Assembly (NCBI GenBank): GCA_020027965.1
Contig: JAHRHE010000001.1
Span: forward strand, 3,704-67,703
DNA length: 64,000 bases
Direction of reading: 5' to 3'
Origin: Nitrospirota bacterium
Lineage (GTDB): Bacteria > Nitrospirota > Nitrospiria > Nitrospirales > Nitrospiraceae
Part shown: in pieces, positions 34,459-42,650 of the stretch
How positions within the stretch are numbered: position 1 is the stretch's first letter
Layout of the letters: every line of letters begins with the position of its first letter
The notes under the pieces: generated by a model
Database searches by the model: none
The model's input: the letters and a program-made list of their open reading frames with translations, nothing else
Told to the model about the DNA's origin: nothing
Position numbers and translations under genes: made by a program

Positions 34459-35105
34459 GACGGATCGGCCGGCTTGGTTAACGGAATGGTGGTCTCAAGG
34501 CTAGTGCCGGTCTCCTTGAGCTTGACAGAGGTGGCGTCGATCGACGTGATCTGGATACGCCCATCAACGGTCTCGCCAGGCCGAACGACAAAAATATCTT
34601 TCCCTTTGCTGAGAAACGCCTTCGACTCGCCTCCCTGTGTAAGGTAGCCCAGAAAGCGATACTGGCTCATGAGCTGGCGAGCCTGCTGGGCTGCGAATTC
34701 CTGCTGCTGGCGCGCCAACTCCTGTTGCCGACGAGCCTCTTGCGCGGCTAGCTCTTCCGGCGTGGGTGGCGGCGGGGCGGCGGGCTGCGGCGGAGGGACC
34801 GCGGGGAGGGCTGCCTCCTTCGCTCGCTTTCGGGCTGCGGCGAGCTTCTGCTTCTCCGGCTCGGTCAACGTCTCCGGCGGCGCGAAGATATTCTTGGGTG
34901 TCTTGAAGGAGACCTGGCTCTCCCGGGCCTGGGCCGGCCAAACGAGGGGAGGGAGATCGGCCCTCGGCCTCGCCTGCGCTGGTCCCGACTTGAACTTGAG
35001 CGTGACTCGCTGCGGCTCGGGCTCGTTCATGACCAGGAAGACTATCACAGTCAGCCACACCAGCGCTAATGCGCCCAGCAGGCCCCATTTGGTGCGGTCC
35101 GTCAT
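34455..35105 (-). CDS. PilP/GspC-like protein (TM anchor, Pro/Ala-rich linker, C-terminal beta domain)
   Basis: 216 aa. TM WGLLGALALVWLTVIVFLV. C-terminus YRFLGYLTQGGESKAFLSKGKDIFVVRPGETVDGRIQITSIDATSVKL resembles the PilP fold pattern. Confidence 0.5.
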   Translation of the reverse strand: MTDRTKWGLLGALALVWLTVIVFLVMNEPEPQRVTLKFKSGPAQARPRADLPPLVWPAQARESQVSFKTPKNIFAPPETLTEPEKQKLAAARKRAKEAALPAVPPPQPAAPPPPTPEELAAQEARRQQELARQQQEFAAQQARQLMSQYRFLGYLTQGGESKAFLSKGKDIFVVRPGETVDGRIQITSIDATSVKLKETGTSLETTIPLTKPADPS

Positions 35106-35695
35106 GCCTTGCCTTTCGTGTCCGGGATGTTCGGCCTGAGGAACGTGACCACACTCACGTTGAACACGACCTCTTGGCCGGCGGATCCGTGGCCCGTGCT
35201 CCGACCACTGGATGAGCGTGCCGCATCGAGACTCTCGACAAACAGGTAGGGCCCTGTCGTTTCCAACCGATGGATGAAACGGCGGATCGCGGCATACTCT
35301 CCCGCGGCCCGAAACCTCATGGAGGCTTTGATCGCCAGCCCGTCTTCCACCTTCTGGAACGAGTAGCTCATGGCCGGAACGGATACGCGATCATGCTTGG
35401 CCAGTTCGGAGATCGCAAGGCTGAGCATCGGGAACTCCTTCCTGGCGGGCAGGGTTCCCCAGATCTTCGCCAATTCCTCCTCGGACTTGCGAGCTGCTTC
35501 CAGTCGCGCCTGCGTCTGTCTGGCTGCTTCGTACGACGCCTGTGCGCTCGACAGGCGTTCCTCGGCCGGCGCCTGGAAGATCAGCCGGGCGCCAACAGCC
35601 ACACACAGCGCGAGTGTCGTCACCAGCAGCAAAGGTTGAAGGGCCCGGCAGGCTTGAACGGCGGACTGTGACAGGAATAAAGAGACTGCGCGCAT
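35102..35695 (-). CDS. PilO/GspM-like assembly protein
   Basis: 197 aa. TM, coiled coil, C-terminal ferredoxin-like pattern (IKASMRFRAAGEYAAIRRFIHRLE). 4-nt overlap with the next gene. Confidence 0.55.
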   Translation of the reverse strand: MRAVSLFLSQSAVQACRALQPLLLVTTLALCVAVGARLIFQAPAEERLSSAQASYEAARQTQARLEAARKSEEELAKIWGTLPARKEFPMLSLAISELAKHDRVSVPAMSYSFQKVEDGLAIKASMRFRAAGEYAAIRRFIHRLETTGPYLFVESLDAARSSSGRSTGHGSAGQEVVFNVSVVTFLRPNIPDTKGKA

Positions 35696-35710
35696 CGCTT
35701 CCCAGGCTCC

Positions 35711-36316
35711 TTACGAGAGTGCTGGTCGGTACATGACCGTCAACGTGAATTCGACCATGCCGGAGGTGTCCTGGCCGGAGATCTTCCCATCGCCTGACTC
35801 TTTGAACCGATGTTGAGAAAGCACCACGTCATGAAAGTCCGCATGGTTCTCTAAGTTGTTGACCAGGGCGGTCACATCTTTTAGCGTCAGTGCCGTCCCG
35901 TTCAGCGTAATGATAGAGTCTTTGAAGCTGAGCACGACCGAGCTGATGGAGACGTGCGGGGGGACCGCATCCTCCAGCTGACTGAGAAAACGAGTCCAGG
36001 AAAACGCCCGCTTCTCCAGTAACTGGTTCGCAAAGTCGACTTCACGATTGAGCGCCTTGATCCGCCCATCGGATAGATCGAGCCCGGCGCGCGAAGCCTG
36101 GGCCAGGAACTGACGGCTGGTCTCGCGGACCCGCTCGGCAGCCTGCTCGTACTTCGCCGCCGCCTCGACGATGGCGCGGCTGTCCCACCACATCCAGGCT
36201 GCCGACCCCAGCGACCCGACGATGACCAGAGCCATCGCCCACTGCGCCGCGCGCAGCAACTCGAAGCCTCGCCCGGCGAGCGACACCGACAACCGCGGGA
36301 GTGGAGTCGTCCTCAT
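35711..36316 (-). CDS. PilN-like fimbrial assembly protein
   Basis: 201 aa. TM WAMALVIVGSLGSAAWMWW, coiled coil, ...FSWTRFLSQLEDAVPPHVSISSVVL...ITLNGTALT. Confidence 0.6.
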   Translation of the reverse strand: MRTTPLPRLSVSLAGRGFELLRAAQWAMALVIVGSLGSAAWMWWDSRAIVEAAAKYEQAAERVRETSRQFLAQASRAGLDLSDGRIKALNREVDFANQLLEKRAFSWTRFLSQLEDAVPPHVSISSVVLSFKDSIITLNGTALTLKDVTALVNNLENHADFHDVVLSQHRFKESGDGKISGQDTSGMVEFTLTVMYRPALS

Positions 36317-36323
36317 GGCTCAG

Positions 36324-37484
36324 TCATGCCTCCCAGACGCCAGCCAGCGCGGCGAGCGCGGACAGAGGTCTGACCTGAGCCTCGTGTCGCTCTTGCCCGT
36401 GACTGGATCTTAGCAGGCTCTCCCACCCGACCGGAACCATATTGAGACGCAGCGAAGCGGCCAAGTCAGGATCGATCAGATTGCGCCACGACGCCACGGC
36501 CGTGGTGGGGTGCGCTGCGACAGTGGTCCCTGGTTCTGCACTATCTCGATATTGGTCCGGAGCGGCCTGTTCCTCGAGACGCTGACCGTCAGGGCAGGGA
36601 ACGTCAGCGCCGACGATGAACAAGGGACGAGGCAGGACGGGACATCCGTTCCGGGCTGCGGGCCGGACCTCGTCGTAGAACTGAATCGTGGCGCGTAGCT
36701 CGTCGGCAAGGTTCGTGTGCCCATCGCGCAGCGGCTTGATCCGATGAAAGACCGGAGAGTCGTGCTGGAGTGCAAAGAAGGAGAAGCCCGCCTGCGCGAC
36801 GTGGAGAAAGAAGAATTCCGACGGGTCCGTCCCGGGCGCCTGGCCTGGCGCCGGCGAATCGCGCTGGACGCCGCCCGGCGCGGCCGCCATGACAGGTCGG
36901 CAGAGATCGAAGAGCCGGAGAGAGCTCACTCCGAGGGAGACGGGAATGAGGCCGGCGACCTCGCAGACCTGCTCATACTGCTCGATGATCCGGCCCTGGA
37001 TTGCGGCCGCCAACACGCGATGCGTCTTGCGTGCGCCTTCGGCAGCAGAACCCGGCGTGGGGGGGAACACGCGGAAGGACAGCCGCGCACCGGTGGCTGG
37101 CATGCCCAGATCCTTCTGGAACCGCCAGCGCAGCAGCGCGTCGCATTCAGCCGCCTTGTTCGGCCAGACCTCGAACTCGAACAGGGCCAGCCGGGCGCAC
37201 AGATCCGGCAGGCTGAGGGCAACCGAGGCGACGCGCGACGCGTTCCGGGGGCTGCCCCGCAGAGTCCGGATCTCGCCGGCCAGCGCGGCGACGTCCGAGA
37301 CATTTAATTCAGTGGCGGACAGGTTCACGAGACCGGCCGGCAAGGCGCGCTCGCCGCACAGGCCGACGTGAATGTCACGCCACCCACGGCGCCAGTCCCG
37401 CTGGACCTCGAGCACGCTGAGGGTCCGCGCGTCGATGCTCAGACCGAGGCGGGGACGTTGAATGGGAAAGAGTGTGGGAAGCAT
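36324..37484 (-). CDS. PilM/GspL-cytoplasmic-domain-like protein
   Basis: 386 aa, positioned between the ATPase and PilN as in pilMN. Weak actin-like pattern; assigned mainly by context. Confidence 0.5.
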   Translation of the reverse strand: MLPTLFPIQRPRLGLSIDARTLSVLEVQRDWRRGWRDIHVGLCGERALPAGLVNLSATELNVSDVAALAGEIRTLRGSPRNASRVASVALSLPDLCARLALFEFEVWPNKAAECDALLRWRFQKDLGMPATGARLSFRVFPPTPGSAAEGARKTHRVLAAAIQGRIIEQYEQVCEVAGLIPVSLGVSSLRLFDLCRPVMAAAPGGVQRDSPAPGQAPGTDPSEFFFLHVAQAGFSFFALQHDSPVFHRIKPLRDGHTNLADELRATIQFYDEVRPAARNGCPVLPRPLFIVGADVPCPDGQRLEEQAAPDQYRDSAEPGTTVAAHPTTAVASWRNLIDPDLAASLRLNMVPVGWESLLRSSHGQERHEAQVRPLSALAALAGVWEA

Positions 37485-37485
37485 C

Positions 37486-39207
37486 CTAATGGCTGAATGT
37501 GACCCGGTTGACTTCCTTCAGTGTCGTCTCTCCGCGCAAAACCTTTTCGATGCCGGCCTCCCGCAGGCTCGTCATGCCGTCCCCGATGGCTGCCTTGCGG
37601 ATTTCCGACGCGGGCCTGCGCTCCAGGATCAGCTCTTTGATTCGATCCGTGAGGTCAAGAAACTCCGTGATGGCCCGGCGTCCCCGGAATCCCAGGCCGT
37701 TGCACTCCACGCACCCGATGCCGTGGTAAAAGGGCATATCCTTGACCTTCTCGTAATCCAGGCCGGATTCCTCGCACGCGGCGCGGTCCACTTGGTAGGG
37801 TGTCTTGCAGGATTCGCACATCGCTCGGACCAAGCGCTGTGCCAGGATGCAATTCAGGGCGGCCACAAAATTATACGGTTCGATGCCCATGTTCACGAAC
37901 CGGCTGATCACGTCAAAGGCGTTGTTCGCATGGACGGTCGAGAAGACCAGGTGCCCGGTGAGGGCGGACTGGATCGCGATCTGCGCGGTTTCCGCGTCGC
38001 GAATCTCACCGACCATGATTTTATCGGGATCGTGGCGGAGGATGGACCTGAGGCCGCGGGCGAAGGTCAGTCCCTTTTTCTCGTTCACCGGGATCTGGAC
38101 AATGCCCTTGAGCTGATACTCGACCGGATCCTCGATGGTAATGATCTTGTCCTGTTGGTTGTTGATCTCGTTGATCGCGCCGTACAGGGTCGTGGTCTTG
38201 CCGCTGCCGGTGGGGCCCGTCACCAGGACCATGCCGTACGGCTCCATGATCGCGCGCCGCAGTCGACGCAGGTCCTCCGCGTTGAACCCGAGTCGGTCAA
38301 GGCTCAGATCCTGCACGCCGGAGGCGAGGTCCGCCTTCTCCAAGATCCGGATGACCACGGATTCCCCGAACGCGCTGGGCAGGATCGAGACTCGGAAGTC
38401 CACCTTTCGCTGGTCGAGGCGGATCTTGAACCGGCCGTCCTGAGGGATCCGGCGCTCGGCGATGTCCAGCTCGGACATTACTTTTAGACGCGAAATCAGC
38501 GGCGCGTGAAACTTCATGTCCAGCGGGTCCATGGCGGGGTAGAGGATGCCGTCGATCCGGTACTTGACCTCGACGGCTCGTTCGCTGGCCTCGATGTGAA
38601 TGTCACTGGCCCGCTTCTGCAGCGCACTCAGGATGACCGTGTCTACCAGCTTGACGACCGGGCTCTGGTCCCTGGCGATCTTCTCGGCGGAGAGCACCTC
38701 GTCACCCTGCTCATCCTCGCGGATCAGGATGGGCCGGAACTCGGCTTGGATGCGCGTGATCACCTGGCTGTTGCCCTCGCTCTGCTTCAGCGATTCCAGG
38801 ATGGCCGCGCGCGAAGAGATGACCACGGTGAAGTCCCGTCCCAGGAGCAGCTCCAGCTCGTCGAGGGCGCGGAGGTTCTGCGGGTCGGCCATCGCAACCG
38901 TCAGGACCCCGTCCCATTCCTCCAGCGGCACGAACGGGTGCCGATGCATCCACTCGGCCGGGATGGTCTTGAAAAACTCGGGGTCCACGCGGAAATCCTT
39001 CAGGGGCTCGTAGCGCAACCCGTACTGCTCGGCCAGGGCTTCGGCCAGCGCCTCTTCCGAAAGTCCGCCTTGTTCCGTGAGCACGGTCCGGACCGTCCGG
39101 TTGGTCTCCTCGGCCTGACGGACGACCTGCTCAGCGTGCGCTTGCGAGAGCACGCCCCGTGTGACCAGGATCTCTTCCAGTGGTGCGCGTTTGACCGGTG
39201 TCGGCAT
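37486..39207 (-). CDS. GspE/PilB-family secretion ATPase
   Basis: Start at ATG 39207 (GAGGAGG 8 nt upstream; the ORF track extends to a TTG at 39243). T2SSE_N domain, Walker A GPTGSGKTTT, CESC...CVEC zinc motif. Confidence 0.9.
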   Translation of the reverse strand: MPTPVKRAPLEEILVTRGVLSQAHAEQVVRQAEETNRTVRTVLTEQGGLSEEALAEALAEQYGLRYEPLKDFRVDPEFFKTIPAEWMHRHPFVPLEEWDGVLTVAMADPQNLRALDELELLLGRDFTVVISSRAAILESLKQSEGNSQVITRIQAEFRPILIREDEQGDEVLSAEKIARDQSPVVKLVDTVILSALQKRASDIHIEASERAVEVKYRIDGILYPAMDPLDMKFHAPLISRLKVMSELDIAERRIPQDGRFKIRLDQRKVDFRVSILPSAFGESVVIRILEKADLASGVQDLSLDRLGFNAEDLRRLRRAIMEPYGMVLVTGPTGSGKTTTLYGAINEINNQQDKIITIEDPVEYQLKGIVQIPVNEKKGLTFARGLRSILRHDPDKIMVGEIRDAETAQIAIQSALTGHLVFSTVHANNAFDVISRFVNMGIEPYNFVAALNCILAQRLVRAMCESCKTPYQVDRAACEESGLDYEKVKDMPFYHGIGCVECNGLGFRGRRAITEFLDLTDRIKELILERRPASEIRKAAIGDGMTSLREAGIEKVLRGETTLKEVNRVTFSH

Positions 39208-39226
39208 TCTTTGGGCCTCCTCTGAA

Positions 39227-39331
39227 GAATGGTTAATGGTCAACGCAGAAATGGTCGATGATCGAAATCCTCATCAACCATAACGCATTAACCATCGGCC
39301 ATGTCCCCACATCCATCAGCCATCAACCGTT
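39227..39331. repeat. period-7 inverted arm pair (ATGG/CCAT family), gspF-gspE spacer
   Basis: gaatggt taatggt caacgca gaaatgg tcgatga tcgaaat cctcatc aaccata acgcatt aaccatc ggccatg tccccac atccatc agccatc aaccgtt. Confidence 0.85.
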
Positions 39332-39338
39332 GTCTTGT

Positions 39339-40544
39339 CTAGACCGTGCCTGCCATCTGAAAGATCGGCAGATACATCACGACCACAATTGCCCCGACGA
39401 TGATCCCCATCACGAGCAGGAGCGCGGGCTCGATCCAGGTGGTGAGCTGGTTCAGGCGGAGATCCAGCTCACCCTCGTGGAACTCGGCCACGTCCTGCAA
39501 CATCGTCTCGAGTGCGCCGGTCGTTTCGCCGACCTCGATCATTTCCAAGCTCATTTGCGGCAGGAAATGCTCCTGCTTCAAGGAAGCGGCCAGGCCTACC
39601 CCTTCCCTCACACGGTCGCTCGTGCTGGCCAGCGCGCTTGAGATCACCCGGTTGGTGATGGCCCCGCTGGTAATCTGCAGCGCAGACAGCAGCGGGATAC
39701 CGCCGCCGAGCAGCGTGGAGAGCGTGCGCGTCACACGAATGATCTGACTCTTCAGCAGGACGTCTCCGATGAGCGGCGCGCGCAGGCTCACCCGGTCCAG
39801 CAGCTCGCGGCCGGCCGGTGTGCGCGCCCAGCGGTAGATTCCGAACCCCAGGGCAACCGATCCCACGATCAACCACAGAAACCACCGCTGGAATTGCTCG
39901 ACGGCGGCCAGCAGCAGCCGGGTTGGGCCAGGCAGTTGCGCCCGGCTCTCGCCGTAGATCTCGGCGAAGGTCGGCATCACGTATACCACCAGAAACCCCA
40001 CCACCCCGATACCCACTACGACCAGAAACGCCGGATAGGTGAGTGCCTTCATTACCTTCTCGCGCACGGCGATCATCAGCTTGACGTGGGCGATATAGCG
40101 CTTGAGCACCTCGGGCAGGTTGCCGGTCTGCTCGCCTGCGCGGAGCGAGGCGCGATAGAGTTCCGAAAAGTGGTCAGGGTACCGTCCCATCGCTTCCGAA
40201 ATGGAAGCCCCTCCGCGAATCTCCTCGCGCACGCCCCGCAGGGCGGCTTGAAATCCTGGGTAGGACGCTCGTTCGGCGAGCAGGTCGATGGTCTTCAGGA
40301 TCGGCAGACCGGCCTTGACCAGCGCGACAAACTCCTGGTTGAACACCAGAAACTCGCGCAGCGAGAGATGGCCACCCGATCGACGCCGAGGGAGTGTGAT
40401 GCCCGCCCGCGAGCCTTCCAGACTGAACAGGAGTAACCCGCGAGCCTCGAGCTGGGTGCGGACGGCCGACTCGCTGTCCGCGTCCACCCGGTCGCTGATT
40501 ATCGTCCCATCCGCTCGTGCGGCTTTGTAGCGAAATTGCGGCAT
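39339..40544 (-). CDS. GspF/PilC-family inner-membrane platform protein
   Basis: 401 aa. Two T2SSF repeats (LVKAGLPILKTIDLL... / LLGGGIPLLSALQIT...), 3 TM segments. Confidence 0.9.
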   Translation of the reverse strand: MPQFRYKAARADGTIISDRVDADSESAVRTQLEARGLLLFSLEGSRAGITLPRRRSGGHLSLREFLVFNQEFVALVKAGLPILKTIDLLAERASYPGFQAALRGVREEIRGGASISEAMGRYPDHFSELYRASLRAGEQTGNLPEVLKRYIAHVKLMIAVREKVMKALTYPAFLVVVGIGVVGFLVVYVMPTFAEIYGESRAQLPGPTRLLLAAVEQFQRWFLWLIVGSVALGFGIYRWARTPAGRELLDRVSLRAPLIGDVLLKSQIIRVTRTLSTLLGGGIPLLSALQITSGAITNRVISSALASTSDRVREGVGLAASLKQEHFLPQMSLEMIEVGETTGALETMLQDVAEFHEGELDLRLNQLTTWIEPALLLVMGIIVGAIVVVMYLPIFQMAGTV

Positions 40545-40564
40545 ATTTAGATTAGAAACAGATA

Positions 40565-40725
40565 CATGGTTCTATGGTCAATGGCTGATTGATCTGGGAA
40601 CATGGCTGATGGTTAATGGTCCATGGTTGACGAGGATCCAGATCATCAACCATTTCCGCGTTGACCCTTGACCACTTCTTCTTCAGGGACCATTGACCAT
40701 TAGCCATTCACCATTATCCATTCTG
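40565..40725. repeat. 23 heptamers in register forming a long inverted arm pair (ATGG...CATT)
   Basis: catggtt ctatggt caatggc tgattga tctggga acatggc tgatggt taatggt ccatggt tgacgag gatccag atcatca accattt ccgcgtt gaccctt gaccact tcttctt cagggac cattgac cattagc cattcac cattatc cattctg. Confidence 0.9.
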
Positions 40726-40726
40726 C

Positions 40727-41491
40727 TTATGGGATCACTAACTGCTGGCCGATTAGGATCAGATCGCCGTGCAAGCCATTGGCGCTTTTTAGTTGCTCCA
40801 CGGTGAGGCCGTGCCGGCGTGCGATGGTCCAGAGCGAGTCACCTGCACGAACCTGGATGCTCAGCGGGCGGGTCGCTGAGGGAGCCGGCGGGTCGGTCAA
40901 GGACGCCGGTCGTACCACGGCCGGGGGTGTCCATAGGCTGCCGGTCGGCGTGTCGGGTCCGGTTCTCCGTTTGCCAGGTGGCTTGGCGAGTTCCCGCTTC
41001 ACCTGGGTCAGTTCCACGGTCAGCGTGGCCACTGCTGATTCCAATTCCGCCAACCGGGTCTGCATCATCGTGGCCGCAGGCTCGTCCTCGCTGGCCTGGC
41101 TGGGCAGGGACGGTGAGTCGGCAACTTGACCCGTGGTCCCTGTGCTGGCCTGAAGGAGCCGGTCTCGCTCATCTCGCAGCAGAGCCAATCCCGCTTGCAC
41201 GCTCTCGATCTCTTGAAGTTGCGCCGCCCGCGCCTGGCGGAGCTCGGCTGCCGCCTGACTCAGCTCCGCAATCTGGCGGCGCAGGTCCTGTATCTCCGCT
41301 TCCTTCTTGGCCGCACCAATCCGCGTGGCGGCCAGGTCCTGGCGGAGCGCGGCCACCTCCGCATATGAATCCCGGACCACCTGATCCGCCTGGCGCCGGG
41401 CCGCCTCGACCTCGGGTCCGGGCCAGGCGGTCCGGTCGGTCGTACAGCCCGAGACCAGCAGGCCGAGCACCAACAGAAAAAACGTGCCCAT
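40727..41491 (-). CDS. coiled-coil lipoprotein with C-terminal LysM domain
   Basis: Start at MGTFFLLVLGLLVSGC (lipobox). Long coiled coil. LysM: IQVRAGDSLWTIARRHGLTVEQLKSANGL...IGQQLVIP. Confidence 0.7.
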   Translation of the reverse strand: MGTFFLLVLGLLVSGCTTDRTAWPGPEVEAARRQADQVVRDSYAEVAALRQDLAATRIGAAKKEAEIQDLRRQIAELSQAAAELRQARAAQLQEIESVQAGLALLRDERDRLLQASTGTTGQVADSPSLPSQASEDEPAATMMQTRLAELESAVATLTVELTQVKRELAKPPGKRRTGPDTPTGSLWTPPAVVRPASLTDPPAPSATRPLSIQVRAGDSLWTIARRHGLTVEQLKSANGLHGDLILIGQQLVIP

Positions 41492-41501
41492 GCGCCTCGT
41501 C

Positions 41502-41915
41502 CTATAACTCGTTATAGGGGATCCCATCCGTACCGACCAAGTCGCTGCCGCTGTGCACGTCGAACACGCCGCCCTCCGCTTCATCCAGAATTTCCTGCCA
41601 CGTACTGTCGGCCTTTGTAAACGGGTCCAGCGGAATCCGCTTGACGTACCCGGCTGACTTCAGGTCGGCCAACGTGGGCGGGTAGGACCCGCGGTCTGCG
41701 CGATGCTGATCAATGGCGTCCCGCAAGGTGAACAGGTTCTGTTTGAGTGCCGCCTCCCTGGCCCTGACGATCGATTGCTGGAAGGAGGGTTCCGCTAACG
41801 AGACCAGGATCCCGGCGATCGTCACCACGATCATGAGCTCTGCGAGAGTGAACCCTCCTTGGCTCCGCCAGTGGCGAGAGGTGATGGGCGATGGGCTAGA
41901 GGGAAGACCTTTCAT
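41502..41915 (-). CDS. gspG: type II secretion major pseudopilin GspG-like
   Basis: Prepilin motif QGG/FTLAELMIVVTIAGILV (Gly-1, Phe+1, Glu+5). GspG-like ...GSYPPTLADL...YVKRIPLDPF. Confidence 0.8.
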   Translation of the reverse strand: MKGLPSSPSPITSRHWRSQGGFTLAELMIVVTIAGILVSLAEPSFQQSIVRAREAALKQNLFTLRDAIDQHRADRGSYPPTLADLKSAGYVKRIPLDPFTKADSTWQEILDEAEGGVFDVHSGSDLVGTDGIPYNEL

Positions 41916-42004
41916 CTCGTACGTGCGTCTCGAAGATTGCTCTGTGTACGTCCTACCCATAGCCTCGTACCTCTTGCCCTTGCCTCATGCCGGCGCGAAT
42001 GCGC

Positions 42005-42562
42005 CTACCACTCCCGATACTTCGACTTGTCAAGTGCGACATCGGGACTCTTGGAATACACGTCGAACACGTCTTCCCCGCACCAATCTTTGGCATCGGG
42101 CGGGTCCTGATAACACCGCAGGCCCCATTCCACCGTGCCCGTCATGGGATCGAGCGGGATGCGTCTCAGATAACGCCGGATCGGTTTGGTCTCACGGACC
42201 GTGGCTTCACCTCCGCTCAGATCGACGCCAAGCAGCGTCTTGAGCGACTTCGGATAGCCGGTGACGCCGGTGTATTCCTTACAGGACGTCTTGTTCTTCA
42301 CGCACAGGGGGCCTGTCAGGATCTCACCGTCTCGCGCCCAGTCCACCTTGAACTGATCGATGGCGGTGCGCATCTCCCGCAACCGCTGCCGCAGCTCCAA
42401 CTCCTGAGATCGTTGACTGCTGTACTTCGAGAGCGGAGTGGCCACTGACGCCAGGACGAGCACGATCGTGACAGTGACCAGCATTTCCAGCAAAGTCACG
42501 CCACGCTCAGAAGCCGTGACGCGTGACGCGTGAAGCGTGAAGCGAAGGAACCTTCGCATCAT
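42005..42562 (-). CDS. second GspG-like pseudopilin (larger, Cys-containing)
   Basis: Start at MMRRFLRF. ERG/VTLLEMLVTVTIVLVLA (Glu+5), ...YLRRIPLDPMTG. The leader peptide is encoded by a heptamer tract. Confidence 0.7.
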   Translation of the reverse strand: MMRRFLRFTLHASRVTASERGVTLLEMLVTVTIVLVLASVATPLSKYSSQRSQELELRQRLREMRTAIDQFKVDWARDGEILTGPLCVKNKTSCKEYTGVTGYPKSLKTLLGVDLSGGEATVRETKPIRRYLRRIPLDPMTGTVEWGLRCYQDPPDAKDWCGEDVFDVYSKSPDVALDKSKYREW

Positions 42563-42636
42563 TGACTCAAACCCGTCACTCGTCACCCCTCGACTAGGCT
42601 CGGGGTGACCCTGAGCCCGTCGAAGGGTCACGCATC
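42514..42636. repeat. period-7 tracts (GTGAC/GTGAAG ... GTCAC) plus a palindrome gaccctgagcccgtcgaagggtc
   Basis: ccgtgacgcgtgacgcgtgaagcgtgaagcgaagg (42514-42548, coding), cccgtcactcgtcacc (42572-42587), palindrome 42607-42629, cacgcatcacccatcac. Confidence 0.85.
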
Positions 42637-42650
42637 ACCCATCACTGTCC

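Noticed and set aside
39208-39243. Longer GspE N-terminus (TTG start at 39243, MTINHSSEEAQR...).
   Set aside because: These codons lie in the heptamer tract. The ATG at 39207 has a GAGGAGG Shine-Dalgarno sequence 8 nt upstream.
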